Assembly: GCF_006345805.1 (NCBI RefSeq)
Contig: NW_021824851.1
Location: 18,992-82,991 of the forward strand
DNA length: 64,000 bases
Direction of reading: 5' to 3'
Source: Octopus sinensis
Lineage: Eukaryota
Made by a program: the position numbers and the translations under genes. Positions 62,240-64,000 of the stretch are shown here, one piece after another (within the stretch, counting starts at the first letter, position 1; every line of letters begins with the position of its first letter). Under the pieces are notes generated by a model that saw nothing but the letters and a program-made list of their open reading frames with translations, made no database searches and was not told the origin of the DNA.

Positions 62240-62705
62240 GCGCAGGAGTGGCTGTGTGGTAATGTCTACGTCCAGCCCGCAAAAGCCACATCTGTGTACT
62301 GCCTTTATGGCAAATTCGATGAATAAAAGTAGCTTACTTACCAACCACATGGTTCAGGGTTCAGCCCCACTGCGTGGCACCTTGGGCAAGTGTCTTCTAC
62401 TATAGCCTCGGGCCGACCAACGCCTTGTGAGTGGATTTGGTAGACGGAAACTGAAAGAAGCCTGTCGTATATGTGTATGTATATGTGTGTTTGTGTGTCT
62501 GTGTGTCTGTGTTTGTCCCCCTAGCATCGCTTGACAACCGATGCTGGTGTGTTTACGTCCCCGTCACTTAGTGGTTCGGCAAAAGAGACCGATAGAATAA
62601 GTACTGGGCTTACAAAGAATAAGTCCCGGGGTCGATTTGCTCGACTAAAGGCGGGTGCTCCAGCATGGCTGCAGTCAAATGACTGAAACAAGTAAAAGAG
62701 TAAAA
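62240..62705 (+). mobile_element. SINE family A with a 66-bp insertion in its head (62261-62326)
   Basis: GTGTGGT|insert|AAGTAGC. Confidence 0.85.
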
Positions 62706-63095
62706 GAGAGTATGTCTGTGGAGTACTCAGCCATCCGCATATTAATTTCATAAGTAGGCTGTTCTGTTAATGAGACCAAATGAAACACTCATCATCAGAA
62801 CCGATGGAATGCCAGTGCAGTACCTACTTACATATATATATATATATTATATTCCATTTGGAAGAAGCAAGTACAGTGAAATTAATGTTGGGGTGGAAAC
62901 TCCACCCACCACAACCATTTAATTCATCTCTTTCTGTCTCCTTTTCCCAAAAATACAAGTTTTGTTGATGTAGAACACCACTACCTCCAGCTTCCTTGGA
63001 TTGTACTTCATCTTGTATGTGCGTGTGTGTATATAATAATAATAATAATTATAGGGAGTATAACTCCAAACTTACTGGGAAAAATTCAATTTAGT

Positions 63096-63400
63096 CATCA
63101 TTATCGTTTAACCTCCGTTTTCCGTGCGAGCACGGGTTGGACAGTTCGACCGGGATCTGGGAAGCCAGAAGGCTGCACCGGGCTCCAGTCTGATCTGGCA
63201 GTGTTTCTACAGCTGGATGCCCTTCCTAACGCCAACCACTCCGTGAGTGTAGTGGGTGCTTTTTACGTGCCAGGCGAGGCTGGCAACGGCCATGATCGGA
63301 TTGGTGCTTTTTACGTGCCACTGGCACGGAAGCGAATCAAGGCGGCGCTGGCATCGGCCACGTTCCTATGGTGCTTTTTACGTACCACCGGCACTTCACA
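63096..63400 (-). mobile_element. RTE 3' UTR copy (family B)
   Basis: Family B terminus and units. Confidence 0.8.
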
Positions 63401-63415
63401 ATATACCTATATATA

Positions 63416-63451
<36 letters not shown>

Positions 63452-63457
63452 ATATAT

Positions 63458-63541
<84 letters not shown>

Positions 63542-63542
63542 A

Positions 63543-63788
63543 AGAAAAAGCATCATTATGTAATTCAAACAATGATAGACGTAAAACATACCATATAGAA
63601 AAAATTAAAATATATCATAAAAACATTTACCCAGATCACAATAAAGTACATAATAATAATAAAATACATATTATTATTATTATGTACTTTATTGTGAACT
63701 AGGTAAATGTTTTACCATATATTTTATTTTTTCTATATGGTATGTTTTACGGCTATCATTGCTTGAATTACATAATAATGGTTTTTCT
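63543..63788. repeat. Near-perfect ~245-bp palindrome (foldback/MITE-like), ~119-bp arms and ~7-nt loop
   Basis: 63543-63661 is the imperfect reverse complement of 63669-63788. Confidence 0.88.
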
Positions 63789-64000
63789 CTAATATATATA
63801 TACACACACATATATAATATGATATGTATGTATATATGTATCTCAGAGTTGTACTTGTCTAGCGAGTGACTTGATCAGAGACTGACTGATGAAATTGAGA
63901 CATCTACACCAACGAAAAAACCATGCGACAACGCACAAAGCTATTAAATTAATTTCAGACATAAATACTTTCGGTGTCAAAGTTTCCATAGCACAACTGT

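Noticed and set aside
63880-63925. CTGATGA..GAAA near the window end
   Set aside because: No convincing stem I or stem III; not called a hammerhead.
6-64000. Most ORFs in the supplied track (YIYIYI, SLSLSL, IIIII, CMYVC, MWLVSKLLTTQPL, CHRHRCQ types)
   Set aside because: They are translations of microsatellites, SINEs or LINE 3' UTR repeats; no splice or protein-family support.

Overview
AT-rich, microsatellite- and SINE-saturated eukaryotic genomic DNA. The SINE/LINE repertoire is typical of an octopod cephalopod (Octopus sp.; inferred from the repeats, not database-checked). The only host coding sequence I can support is one internal exon (25886-26109, +) of a GPSM1/GPSM2 (AGS3/LGN/Pins) gene encoding the first TPR repeats; no neighbouring exon is recognisable, so most of the window is probably very large introns or flank. 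The rest is transposable-element material: dozens of tRNA-derived SINEs of several families (some amplified into tandem arrays), a nearly complete RTE-clade LINE (APE + RT with an in-frame PHD-type C4HC3 finger and a ~2-kb nested-repeat 3' UTR) present twice in a ~7.0-kb tandem duplication that may be an assembly artefact, many 5'-truncated copies of that LINE's 3' end, and remnants of CR1, BovB-like RTE, R4/Dong-like RLE LINEs, Helitron helicase, mariner, Tc1 and maT-like transposases and MITEs. The most notable unannotated signal is four minimal type-I hammerhead-ribozyme-like motifs (Penelope/retrozyme style, palindromic stem III) in short elements abutting (TA)n tracts. Together they show three different Watson-Crick pairs at the catalytic 3-8 position (C-G, U-A, G-C). 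Other oddities are a 113-bp target-like duplication around a SINE, a branched hairpin with two identical loops, and two long palindromes. Repeat boundaries are read by eye and are approximate.
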